A stretch of DNA of 64,000 nt from contig CANODU010000002.1 in the NCBI GenBank assembly GCA_947565185.1, positions 27,357 through 91,356 on the forward strand. The letters are read 5' to 3'. The notes under the pieces were generated by a model. The model was given only the letters and a program-made list of their open reading frames with translations, was not told where the DNA came from and ran no database searches. This DNA is from an uncultured Eggerthellaceae bacterium (lineage in GTDB: Bacteria > Actinomycetota > Coriobacteriia > Coriobacteriales > Eggerthellaceae). This document shows positions 40,868-49,751 of the stretch, piece by piece. Each line of letters begins with the position of its first letter. Position 1 is the stretch's first letter. A program made the translations under genes and the position numbers.

Positions 40868-41938
40868 CTAGCGGATGACAGGAGACTGCGCTTCGGCTGG
40901 ACGCGTCTCTGTCTGGCTCAACAGATCCAAGAGCGCGTCAAGGGATGAGGAGCTCTGCTCATAGCTGAGCGTCGCCAGCGGCTCATCATAGCCCGCCATC
41001 TGAGAGATGTGCGCAAGCGCATCATCGAAATACCCGATCTCATCAGCCAAGCCTGCCTCCACGGCCTGCGTACCCGTGTAGGGCAAGCCATTGGCCAACT
41101 CCTTCACCGCGGCCACGGTCATGTCGCGACCCTCGGCTACGGTCTTGATGAAATCCTCATCTATCTCATCCACCATATCCTGATACCATGCGCGCTCCTC
41201 ATCAGTGAGCGGACGCGTGCCTGCACCCGCATCCTTGGATTCCGCTGAGGCGATGGTGTCGATGTCGATGCCCAGCTTCTCATAGAGACCAGAGAGATCC
41301 GTCACCTGCAAGAGGACGCCGATGGCGCCGATGGAGGTGGTCTTCGCGCAGAAGATGTAATCTGCCTGGCTTGAGATCTCATAGGCGGCGCTCGCATTCG
41401 TGGCAGCGCTCACCACGACCACCGGCTTCGGGAAGTCAGCTATAAGCCGAGCCATCTCCTCACCCGCCGTGGCAGTGCCACCACCGGAATTCACGCGCAA
41501 GATGACGCCTTTGACCTCATCATCGGCCTGAGCCGCATCCAAGCGAGACCTGAGACCCTCAGGGCTTGAGGCAGACCCGTCATAGCCGATGACAGAATCT
41601 ATATCTATGACAGCGATGGAAGGCACAGATGCTCGCACGGGCGCATTGCTGCCCGTAGCCGCCATCATGGAATCCGTCATGCCAGATATGGTGGCAGAGC
41701 AAGAGAGAGCGCCGATGGCGAAGAGCCCCAGCACGCAGATGACGACAGCGATGAGCACCGAATGGCCACTCTTGCTCTTCGCCGCCTGCGCAAAAGAGCT
41801 GCCCTCAGCGCACGCGTCAGCCACCGAGGCGTGCGGGCTGCTCACTGCCCCTGTTCGAGGGTCGCGTGCGGCATAGATGCGCATGTAGTCATCCGCACTG
41901 GATGATCCGCGCGTGTCTTTGCTCTCATCCATGCTCAC
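40868..41938 (-). CDS. sppA: signal peptide peptidase SppA (36K type)
   Basis: 356 aa. TM anchor followed by an S49 core (ILRVNSGGGTATAGEE...ASAAYEISSQADYIF). Confidence 0.85.
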   Translation of the reverse strand: MSMDESKDTRGSSSADDYMRIYAARDPRTGAVSSPHASVADACAEGSSFAQAAKSKSGHSVLIAVVICVLGLFAIGALSCSATISGMTDSMMAATGSNAPVRASVPSIAVIDIDSVIGYDGSASSPEGLRSRLDAAQADDEVKGVILRVNSGGGTATAGEEMARLIADFPKPVVVVSAATNASAAYEISSQADYIFCAKTTSIGAIGVLLQVTDLSGLYEKLGIDIDTIASAESKDAGAGTRPLTDEERAWYQDMVDEIDEDFIKTVAEGRDMTVAAVKELANGLPYTGTQAVEAGLADEIGYFDDALAHISQMAGYDEPLATLSYEQSSSSLDALLDLLSQTETRPAEAQSPVIR

Positions 41939-43752
41939 AGCTCGCCATTCTCATCGAAGCGGCTCTGCGTCTGAGCGCGCTTGGCGGTGCGCAAGAGGAA
42001 CTCCTGATTGGTCTCCGTGCGCTTCAAGGACTTGATGAGCATGTCCATGGACTTCTCGGTGTTGTTCATGTTGGCCAAGATCCGGCGCACAGCCCAGATC
42101 AGCGGCGCCTCCTGCCCATCCAGGAGCAAGTCCTCCTTGCGCGTGCCGGAGGTGATCGGGTCGATGGCTGGGAAGATGCGCCTGTCAGCCAAGCTGCGAT
42201 CCAGCCGCAGCTCCATGTTGCCTGTGCCCTTGAACTCTTCGAAGATGACCTCGTCCATCTTCGAGCCGGTCTCCACCAGAGCCGATGCCAATATGGTGAG
42301 AGAGCCGCCTCCTTCGATGTTGCGCGCCGCGCCCAAGAAGCGCTTGGGCGGATAGAGCGCCGTGGAATCCACGCCGCCGGAGAGGATGCGTCCGCTCGCG
42401 GGCTGCGCCAGGTTATAGGCGCGTGCCAAGCGCGTGATGGAATCCAAGAGGATGACCACGTCCTCCCCTTGTTCGACCAGGCGCTTGGCTCGCTCTATGA
42501 CCAGCTCTGCCACAGCTATGTGGTTATCCGAAGGCATGTCAAAGGTGGAGGAGATGACCTCACCATGGATGGAGCGCTCCATATCCGTCACCTCTTCGGG
42601 ACGCTCATCCACGAGCAGGCACATGAGGTGCACTTCGGGATTGTTCGCATAGATGGCAGCAGCGATGTCCTTGAGCACGGTGGTCTTGCCTGCCTTCGGC
42701 GGAGACACGATGAGCCCGCGCTGGCCCTTGCCGATGGGAGCCACCAGATCTATGACGCGCGCGGTGAGCGTATCCTTGCCATGCTCCATGTTCAAACGCT
42801 CATCCGGGAAGATGGGCGTCAGCTCAGAGAACTTCGGGCGGCTGGAGATGTCATCGATGGGAGTGCCATTGACGCTCGTGACCTTCTGAATGGCGGCGAA
42901 CTTCTCGCCTTCGCGCGCGGGGCGCGTCTGTCCGGCGACCATGTCCCCCTTGCGCAAGCCATTGCGCCGAATGGTGGACAGGCCCACATACACATCTTGT
43001 TCGCTGGGCAGGTACCCCTTCGTGCGCAAGAAGCCATAGCCATCCTGGAGGATATCCAAGATGCCTTCCACCTCGACGAATCCCTCTGCGATGCACACGG
43101 CCTCGTAGATGGCTTCGATCATCTCGGCCTTGCGCAGGCCCGATGCATCGATGTTGAGCTCTGCGGCCTTCTCGCGCAGCTCCGGCAGCTTGCATGCCTC
43201 CAGCTCTTCCTTGCTCACGCTCGGCTTGTATTCGCGCTGGCGGTTGTTGCGCTCGCGGCGCGTGCGATGCTGGTTGTTGTTGCGGCCGTTGTGCCTGTTG
43301 TTGCGGCCGTTGCGCTCCTGGTTGGAGAAGTCAGCGCTACGCGCTTGCTTGCGCTTTCCGTCCGCTGCCTCGCCCTCTGCCTCTGAGGCTGTGTCCGGAG
43401 CAGCCGCTGTGAGGGCGGCTTCGGATTCGGTGGGCTCCTCCTTGGCTTGGAGCGTCTCCTCTTCAGCTGGCTGCACCTTGCGCGGACGCCCCGGCTTGCG
43501 CTTAGGCTTCGCAGGTGCCTCTGCGTCGCTTGCAGCATCAGGATTCGCCTCTGGGGTTGCCTCTTCTGCCTTCACCTTGCGCGGACGCCCCGGCTTGCGC
43601 TTGGGCTTCTCCTCAGCCCCTTCCGCATCAGCCGCTGCAGCCTCCTCAGAGGCAGCCGCCTTCTTGGTGCGCGTAGCGCGCGTCTTCTTCGCAGGCTCCT
43701 TGGACGCCTCTGCGCCCTGATCCAGCTCTTTCACATCTTCGGTCGTCGGCAT
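41935..43752 (-). CDS. rho: transcription termination factor Rho with a roughly 185-aa low-complexity N-terminal extension
   Basis: 605 aa. The canonical N-terminal helix bundle starts only at LPELREKAAELNIDASGLRKAEMIEAIY. OB fold and RecA-type ATPase follow (GQRGLIVSPPKAGKTT). ATGA overlap with sppA. Confidence 0.93.
   Translation of the reverse strand: MPTTEDVKELDQGAEASKEPAKKTRATRTKKAAASEEAAAADAEGAEEKPKRKPGRPRKVKAEEATPEANPDAASDAEAPAKPKRKPGRPRKVQPAEEETLQAKEEPTESEAALTAAAPDTASEAEGEAADGKRKQARSADFSNQERNGRNNRHNGRNNNQHRTRRERNNRQREYKPSVSKEELEACKLPELREKAAELNIDASGLRKAEMIEAIYEAVCIAEGFVEVEGILDILQDGYGFLRTKGYLPSEQDVYVGLSTIRRNGLRKGDMVAGQTRPAREGEKFAAIQKVTSVNGTPIDDISSRPKFSELTPIFPDERLNMEHGKDTLTARVIDLVAPIGKGQRGLIVSPPKAGKTTVLKDIAAAIYANNPEVHLMCLLVDERPEEVTDMERSIHGEVISSTFDMPSDNHIAVAELVIERAKRLVEQGEDVVILLDSITRLARAYNLAQPASGRILSGGVDSTALYPPKRFLGAARNIEGGGSLTILASALVETGSKMDEVIFEEFKGTGNMELRLDRSLADRRIFPAIDPITSGTRKEDLLLDGQEAPLIWAVRRILANMNNTEKSMDMLIKSLKRTETNQEFLLRTAKRAQTQSRFDENGEL
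43474..43609 (-). repeat. two 37-nt direct repeats (1 mismatch), 99 nt apart, inside the rho 5' region
   Basis: caccttgcgcggacgccccggcttgcgctt(a/g)ggcttc occurs at 43474-43510 and 43573-43609. Each copy encodes KPKRKPGRPRKV. Confidence 0.9.
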
Positions 43753-44433
43753 CTACTTGACTTTCTCCCAATCTGCCATGAATGAATCTATGCCCGCTTG
43801 CGTCAGCGGATGCTTCACCATCTTCTTGAGCACGCTGAACGGCACGGTGGCGATATCAGCCCCCATGAGCGCGCACTGCGTGACATGGTTCGCGCTGCGA
43901 ATGGATGCGGCGATGACCTCCAGCTGCTCTCCATTGACGGTATCGGCGGTGAAATCGTAGTTGGAGACCGCCTCCACGATGTTGGCCACCTGCTCTATGC
44001 CGTCTTCGGAGATGTCATCGAAGCGGCCGATGAACGGAGATATGTAGCGTGCTCCCGCCCGCGCAGCCAACATGGCTTGCGGCACCGTGAAGCACAGCGT
44101 CATGTTCACGCGGATGCCCTCATCGGCAAGAGTGCGCGTAGCGGCCAGCCCTTCCACCATGGTGGGCACCTTCACCACCACGTTCGGCGCGATGGAAGCC
44201 AACCGGCGCCCATCTTCGACGATCTGAGCGCGGTCGGTGGCAACGCTTTCCGCCGACACCGGGCACTCATCGCCCACTATCGTGCAGATGCGCTCGATAT
44301 GGCTCTCGAAATCAGCCAGCTTGCCGCCCACGCGCGCATAGAGCGTGGGATTGGTGGTGACGCCAGCGAGCGCCCCCCAGCTAGCAGCCTCCTCGATCTC
44401 GTCCAGATCGGCCGTATCCAGGAAGAACTTCAT
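43753..44433 (-). CDS. transaldolase / fructose-6-phosphate aldolase family (short TalC/FSA type)
   Basis: Start set at MKFFLDTADLDEIEEA, the conserved family N-terminus, with SD AAGGAGG. The Schiff-base region VVVKVP is present. The TAG stop abuts the rho ATG. Confidence 0.9.
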   Translation of the reverse strand: MKFFLDTADLDEIEEAASWGALAGVTTNPTLYARVGGKLADFESHIERICTIVGDECPVSAESVATDRAQIVEDGRRLASIAPNVVVKVPTMVEGLAATRTLADEGIRVNMTLCFTVPQAMLAARAGARYISPFIGRFDDISEDGIEQVANIVEAVSNYDFTADTVNGEQLEVIAASIRSANHVTQCALMGADIATVPFSVLKKMVKHPLTQAGIDSFMADWEKVK

Positions 44434-44654
44434 CTTCGCCTCCTTGGCTCCTCCCACGCGCAGGCTTATCCCCATGCAAGGCGCACATATGCGCGGGGGG
44501 ATCGAGTGCGGGGGTTTCAAAGGTGATCTGCAACGGAGCGTTTCCGTTGCGCGAACAAGGTAGCACAACTGCAGGCGGCCAGCAAACGAAAAAAGCCGTC
44601 GCATCCACGTCCATGCTGGGTGCCATCCGGCATCAAAACGTTGCTTCGCGCGTA

Positions 44655-44684
44655 TTGACTGAAACGGCACCGGAACAAGATAAT
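44655..44684 (+). promoter_or_regulatory. candidate promoter of the epimerase-kinase operon
   Basis: TTGACT, an 18-nt spacer, then GATAAT, about 55 nt upstream of the TTG start. Confidence 0.5.
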
Positions 44685-44739
44685 CCACCCAAGAGGTTTC
44701 TGCCCTGTGGGGGCGCCGAAGACATCAAGAGGAGGAAGC

Positions 44740-45954
44740 TTGGACGCTCAGAGCACCGAGAAGCTCGTCTGCGCGCGCGATTGGCTCAAAGGCCAGTTGG
44801 ACATCTGCGCCGATTTCTGGCTGGAACATGGCATGGATGCTGAGCATGGCGGCATCTATACTTGCCTCGATCGAGCCGGCAACATCTACTCAATGGACAA
44901 ATCCGTATGGATGCAGGGGCGCTGTGCATGGACCTATGCATATCTCTGCCATGTCTACGGCATCCGCGATGAGTGGCTCGCTGCATCGCGCAGCTGCCTT
45001 GATTTCTTGGAAGAGCATTGCGTGAACCATGCGGCGGGAGATAGGCTCTATTTCACCGTCACCGATGACGGACGTCCCTTGCGCCAGCGCCGCTACTGCT
45101 TCTCCGAAGGCTTCTACTGCATCGGCAATGCCGAATACTATGGCGTGACGGGCGATGCGGAGATGCTCGCGCGTGCGCGCAGAGCCTACCAGCTGATCTA
45201 CGATCTGAACAACGGCCTTGTCGAAGACCCTACGGGCCTTGGCCCGAAGACCATCGCCGAGACGCGCTCGGGACGGTCGCTGGGAGATGCCATGATCTTT
45301 CTGAACATCATCTCCATCATGCGCAGGGTAGACCCTGAGCACACCCAAGAATATGACCGCCATGCCGAAGAATGCGTCCAGCGCATCGTGGGCGAGCACT
45401 ATCGCCCTGAGCTCGGATGCACCCTTGAAAGCGTGAATGCGCAAGGTGAACCTGAGCTTTGGTACACCGCGGGGCGCGTGGTGAACCCTGGGCACGACAT
45501 CGAATGCAGCTGGTTCTTGATGGATCAAGCGGAATACGCTTGCGACGAGGAGCTGTTCAAGACCGCATGCGACATCTTCCGTTTGGCTATCGAGGCTGGC
45601 TGGGATGACGAATTCGGCGGCATCCTCTACTTCATCGACGCGAAGGGGCTCCCCACTGAGGCCTATGAGCATGACATGAAGCTCTGGTGGCCCCATGACG
45701 AGGCGCTCATCGCCGCGTCCAAGGCCTACCTCAAGACCAAGGACGCATACTATCTGGAGTGGTTCTATAAGGTGCTTAATTACTGCAAGGACCATTTCGC
45801 CGATCCAGAATACGGCGAATGGTATGGATACCTGCGCCGCGATGGCATCCCTACCGCACCACCCACCAAAGGCTCCACGTTCAAAGGACCGTTCCATGTC
45901 CCTCGAGCGCTCAGCATGGCCGAACAGACGTTGACGAAGATCATAGGAGAATGA
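44740..45954 (+). CDS. N-acylglucosamine 2-epimerase (AGE/RENBP) family protein
   Basis: AGE-family (alpha/alpha)6 sequence (FWLEHGMDAEHGGIYTCLDRAGN...DKSVWMQGRCAWTYAYL). Preferred start is the TTG at 44740, preceded by AGGAGGA. The ORF track starts at GTG 44707. Confidence 0.8.
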   Translation: MDAQSTEKLVCARDWLKGQLDICADFWLEHGMDAEHGGIYTCLDRAGNIYSMDKSVWMQGRCAWTYAYLCHVYGIRDEWLAASRSCLDFLEEHCVNHAAGDRLYFTVTDDGRPLRQRRYCFSEGFYCIGNAEYYGVTGDAEMLARARRAYQLIYDLNNGLVEDPTGLGPKTIAETRSGRSLGDAMIFLNIISIMRRVDPEHTQEYDRHAEECVQRIVGEHYRPELGCTLESVNAQGEPELWYTAGRVVNPGHDIECSWFLMDQAEYACDEELFKTACDIFRLAIEAGWDDEFGGILYFIDAKGLPTEAYEHDMKLWWPHDEALIAASKAYLKTKDAYYLEWFYKVLNYCKDHFADPEYGEWYGYLRRDGIPTAPPTKGSTFKGPFHVPRALSMAEQTLTKIIGE

Positions 45955-45956
45955 GC

Positions 45957-47330
45957 ATGGAATACCTCGGCATCGAATTCGACATCAAGAACAAGCCCGT
46001 CTTGGATCCTGGATTCATCCCCTTCGGCGTTTGGATGAAGGAGTACCTGAAAGAGGCTGATCATCCCATCAAGATCGCCGTGGAGCGCGAAGACGGGCTC
46101 ATCTCTGTGCGTGAGAGCGCCATCCGCACAGATGATTTCGCAGAGGCGAATCTGCGCTATGTCGAGCGCCTGATCAAGTTCGAGCTCTGGAGCATCGGAG
46201 GGTTCCGCGTCTACATCTGCGGCGCAGATGACATCGCAGAGAAGATCGCTCAGGCCTATTCTCCTGACGGAGAGCGCAGCTTCGACTACGGATTCGTAGG
46301 AGACGTCTATGAGAAGCCGCTTGAAGTGCTTGCCGTCACTGAGGCGGACTTCCCTGCCGAACACGAATCTGCCAAGCAGATCGGCGGCCACATGGACGGA
46401 TGCAGGATCGGCTTCGATGCCGGCGGCTCTGACCGCAAGGTATCCGCGGTCATCGACGGCGAAGCGGTCTATTCCGAAGAGGTCGTGTGGTATCCGAAGG
46501 TGACCGAGGATCCCACCTACCACTTCGATGAGATCGTGACAGCCTTCAAGACCGCAGCGTCCAAGATGCCGCGCGTCGATGCCATCGGCGTCTCCTCGGC
46601 AGGCACCTTCGTCGGCAATTCCCCCATGGTGGCCTCCCTGTTCATCAAGGTGCCGCGCGAGAGGCGCGAAGAGGTCAAGAGCATCTACGACCGTGCTGGC
46701 GAAGAGATCGGCGATGTGCCCTTGGTGGTGGCCAACGACGGCGATGTGACCGCGCTCGCAGGCTTCATGAGCACAGGCCAAGGCGACATCTTAGGCATAG
46801 CCATGGGCACCTCTGAGGCTGTGGGCTATGTGAACGCCGAAGGCAACGTGCTAGGTTGGATCAATGAATTGGCCTTCGCGCCAGTAGACCTCTCCCCTGA
46901 TGCCATGCAGGATGAATGGTCTACGGATTCCGGCGTGGGTTGCAAGTATTTCAGCCAGGATGCGGTCATCAAGCTGGCACCGCACGCCAACATCATCTTG
47001 AACCCCGATGATACGCCCGCAGAGAAGCTCAAGGCGGTCCAAGCGCTCGCGAACGCAGGCAATGAGGACGCGCTTGACATCTACCGCTCCATCGGGTGCT
47101 ATCTGGCGCACACCCTCGTGCTCTACAGCTCCTTCTATGAGATAGAGACGCTGTTGGTGCTCGGCCGCGTAGCCTCAGGAGATGGCGGAGACCTCCTCAT
47201 CAGCGAATGCAATCGCATCCTGCGCGAAGAGTATCCAGAGCTAGCCGATCAGATCACCGTCACCTTGCCGGATGAGAAGATGCGTCGCGTGGGGCAGTCT
47301 GTGGCTGCCGCCAGCTTGCCTGAGCTGTAA
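45957..47330 (+). CDS. ASKHA-fold, ROK-like sugar kinase with an extra roughly 150-aa N-terminal domain
   Basis: Motifs IGFDAGGSDRKV (phosphate 1), VVANDGDVTALAG and ILGIAMGTSEAVGYV (phosphate 2). There is no ROK Cys-rich zinc motif. Start at the ATG 7 nt after AGGAGA, translationally coupled to the epimerase stop. Confidence 0.65.
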   Translation: MEYLGIEFDIKNKPVLDPGFIPFGVWMKEYLKEADHPIKIAVEREDGLISVRESAIRTDDFAEANLRYVERLIKFELWSIGGFRVYICGADDIAEKIAQAYSPDGERSFDYGFVGDVYEKPLEVLAVTEADFPAEHESAKQIGGHMDGCRIGFDAGGSDRKVSAVIDGEAVYSEEVVWYPKVTEDPTYHFDEIVTAFKTAASKMPRVDAIGVSSAGTFVGNSPMVASLFIKVPRERREEVKSIYDRAGEEIGDVPLVVANDGDVTALAGFMSTGQGDILGIAMGTSEAVGYVNAEGNVLGWINELAFAPVDLSPDAMQDEWSTDSGVGCKYFSQDAVIKLAPHANIILNPDDTPAEKLKAVQALANAGNEDALDIYRSIGCYLAHTLVLYSSFYEIETLLVLGRVASGDGGDLLISECNRILREEYPELADQITVTLPDEKMRRVGQSVAAASLPEL

Positions 47331-47353
47331 GCATCACCCTCATCCTGCCATAT

Positions 47354-47391
47354 GGCCCAACGAGCAGATCCTCAGATCTGCTCGTTGGGCC
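47354..47391. terminator. perfect 17-bp stem-loop between convergent operons
   Basis: ggcccaacgagcagatc-ctca-gatctgctcgttgggcc. Confidence 0.55.
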
Positions 47392-47403
47392 GCCGGAGAT
47401 CAT

Positions 47404-47431
47404 GGAGCTCAGCACTGCAGTGCTGAGCTCC
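47404..47431. terminator. perfect 28-nt palindrome followed by a short T-run on the plus strand
   Basis: ggagctcagcactgcagtgctgagctcc, then gcccatttt. Confidence 0.55.
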
Positions 47432-47480
47432 GCCCATTTTGCAAGATGGCCTTCGGATCTGATTGACGCGAACGAACCGA

Positions 47481-48626
47481 TCAAATGGCATTGCCGCGCA
47501 GGATGACGTTGCGGATCTCAAGCGTCTCCGCATCCAAGATGACCGCATCGGCCACATATCCCTCTTCGATGCGCCCGTATTCCCCATCTATCTTGATAGC
47601 GCGTGCCGGATTGATGGTGGTAGCTTTCACCGCGCTGGCAAGCGGGATATCCATATCCTTCACCGCCACCGTAAGGCAGCGCATGAGGTCGCTCACTGAA
47701 CCTGCCAGCGCCCCATTGGCGATGCGCGCCTCAGGCCCACGCACGGTAACGTCTTGTCCACCGAGGTCATAGGTGCCGTCTTCAAGCCCCGCTGCGCGCA
47801 ATGTGTCGCTCACCAAGATCATCCGATCGTCGCCGAACATGTTGAAAGCCAGGCGCACCATGGATGGATGGATATGGATGCCATCGGTGATGATCTCCGC
47901 GGTGATGTCGTCCCGCTCCGCAGCCGCCGGAATGGGACCGGGCTTGCGATGATGCATGGGATCCATAGCATTGTACAGATGCGTCAGATGCTTTGCGCCC
48001 TTCTCAAAAGCATGCTTGGCTGCATCATAATCAGCGCAGGTATGCGCCACAGAGATGCGGACATCATCCTTGAGCTCTTCGATGAAGGCATCGGATCCAG
48101 GCTCTTCGGGAGCGATATCCACCAGCTTGATGAGGCCATCAGCCATGGCTTGCAGCTGCTTGAATTCCTCCGCATCAGGCGTGCGCACATGCTCAGGGTT
48201 CTGGGCACCCACCTTCGATGGAGAGATATAGGGGCCTTCCAGATTGACGCCCACCAGATCCGCTTCGTCGCAGGCAGGCTCATAGGCGCACACCGTCTCC
48301 ATGGCTGTTGAGAGCTGCTCGAAAGAAAGGGTCATGGTTGCAGGGCAGATGGCGGTGATGCCACGGGATGCCTCATAGGCCGCCAGAGCATGCAGCCCCG
48401 CTTCGTCACCATCGCTGATATCTCCCCCACAAGCGCCATGGAAATGGATGTCCACCAATCCCGGGATGACGATGCAGCCCGAAGCGTCTATCGCATCTCC
48501 CTCACCCGCGCGCTTGGATATGCGTCCATCCTCTATGAGCACGGTCTTATCTTCAAAACCCTGGCCATCGAAGACCTTGCCATGCTCTATCTTGCTCACC
48601 GGCTTGCATGTTGCCATGTTCTGCAC
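47481..48626 (-). CDS. nagA: N-acetylglucosamine-6-phosphate deacetylase
   Basis: 381 aa amidohydrolase of NagA type (GLVDIHFHGACGGD..., THLYNAM). Confidence 0.9.
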   Translation of the reverse strand: MQNMATCKPVSKIEHGKVFDGQGFEDKTVLIEDGRISKRAGEGDAIDASGCIVIPGLVDIHFHGACGGDISDGDEAGLHALAAYEASRGITAICPATMTLSFEQLSTAMETVCAYEPACDEADLVGVNLEGPYISPSKVGAQNPEHVRTPDAEEFKQLQAMADGLIKLVDIAPEEPGSDAFIEELKDDVRISVAHTCADYDAAKHAFEKGAKHLTHLYNAMDPMHHRKPGPIPAAAERDDITAEIITDGIHIHPSMVRLAFNMFGDDRMILVSDTLRAAGLEDGTYDLGGQDVTVRGPEARIANGALAGSVSDLMRCLTVAVKDMDIPLASAVKATTINPARAIKIDGEYGRIEEGYVADAVILDAETLEIRNVILRGNAI

Positions 48627-48647
48627 CTGCTTTCCTTCGATCCTTCG

Positions 48648-49715
48648 CTAGAGGGGCAGCTGAAGCCCTAGATGCTGAAAGGCACGAGGCGTTGCTTGCC
48701 TGCCCCGCGGCGTCCTCACCAAGAATCCCTGTTGCATGAGATACGGCTCATACACATCTTCCAAGGTATCCGTCTCCTCAGAGAGCGCTGAGGCCAAGGT
48801 GGTGAGCCCGACCGGATGCCCTGAGAACTGAACGCAGAGGATCTCCAGCACCTTCTTATCCATGGCATCCAGGCCCGCTTCATCCACTTCATAGAACTCA
48901 AGGGCCTGATCGGCCACATCGCGCGTGATATGGCCATCAGCCCTCACCTGAGCCCAATCGCGTACGCGCTTGAGCATGCGGTTCGCCAAGCGCGGCGTTC
49001 CGCGGGAGCGGCGCGCTATCTCATAGGCACCTTCATCATCTACGCACACGCCCAAGATGGAAGCCGACCGGCGCACGATGTCTGCCAGCTCATCAGGCGT
49101 GTAATACTGCAAGCGAAAGGCGATGCCGAACCGGTCCCGCAGAGGACCGGTGAGCAGACCCGTGCGCGTGGTGGCTCCGATGAGCGTGAATCGAGGGATG
49201 TCCAAGCGGATGGAACGCGCTGCAGGCCCCTTCCCGACCATGATATCCAAGGAGAAGTCCTCCAAGGCGGGATAGAGCACCTCCTCCACCGAGCGATTCA
49301 TCCGGTGTATCTCATCGATGAACAGGACATCTCCCGGTTCCAAGTTCGTGAGCAGCGCTGCCAGATCCCCCGTGCGCGCGATGGCAGGGCCGCTGGTGGT
49401 CTTGATGTTCGCCCCCAGCTCGTTGGCCACCACGATGGCCAACGTGGTCTTGCCCAAGCCCGGAGGCCCCGAGAACAAGATGTGATCCGGGCAATCGGCA
49501 CGGTCTTGAGCGGCCTCGATCAGGATGCTCAAGGACTCCTTCACCTTGCCCTGCCCCAGGTAATCCTTCAGGAAGCGCGGGCGCAGCGATGTGTCTATGG
49601 CGAGATCCTCTTGCGTGAAGGCAGGATCCAAAGAGCGTGCAGGCTCTTTGGATGCGGGCTCTTGCGAAGCAGGAGCCTCGTACATCAGGCCCTCTATCTT
49701 GACGTCCTCTGCCAC
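48648..49715 (-). CDS. ruvB: Holliday junction branch-migration helicase RuvB
   Basis: 355 aa. [14 protein letters not shown] and LFIDEIHRM. Confidence 0.95.
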   Translation of the reverse strand: MAEDVKIEGLMYEAPASQEPASKEPARSLDPAFTQEDLAIDTSLRPRFLKDYLGQGKVKESLSILIEAAQDRADCPDHILFSGPPGLGKTTLAIVVANELGANIKTTSGPAIARTGDLAALLTNLEPGDVLFIDEIHRMNRSVEEVLYPALEDFSLDIMVGKGPAARSIRLDIPRFTLIGATTRTGLLTGPLRDRFGIAFRLQYYTPDELADIVRRSASILGVCVDDEGAYEIARRSRGTPRLANRMLKRVRDWAQVRADGHITRDVADQALEFYEVDEAGLDAMDKKVLEILCVQFSGHPVGLTTLASALSEETDTLEDVYEPYLMQQGFLVRTPRGRQATPRAFQHLGLQLPL

Positions 49716-49751
49716 AGCTCTTCGCTTCTCTCCTTGCCCTTCAGCTCACGC

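Noticed and set aside
41866-43386. 506-aa plus-strand ORF.
   Set aside because: It is the antisense shadow of rho. It has no recognisable motifs and a low-complexity composition.
43753-44688. The extended 311-aa version of the transaldolase/FSA ORF.
   Set aside because: The family N-terminus MKFFLDTAD, preceded by AAGGAGG, lies at 44433. The upstream 85 codons are intergenic read-through with no homology.
44890-46781. Two minus-strand ORFs of about 335 aa each (44890-45897 and 45780-46781).
   Set aside because: They are antisense to the AGE epimerase and the kinase. The plus-strand genes carry clear family motifs, SDs and translational coupling.
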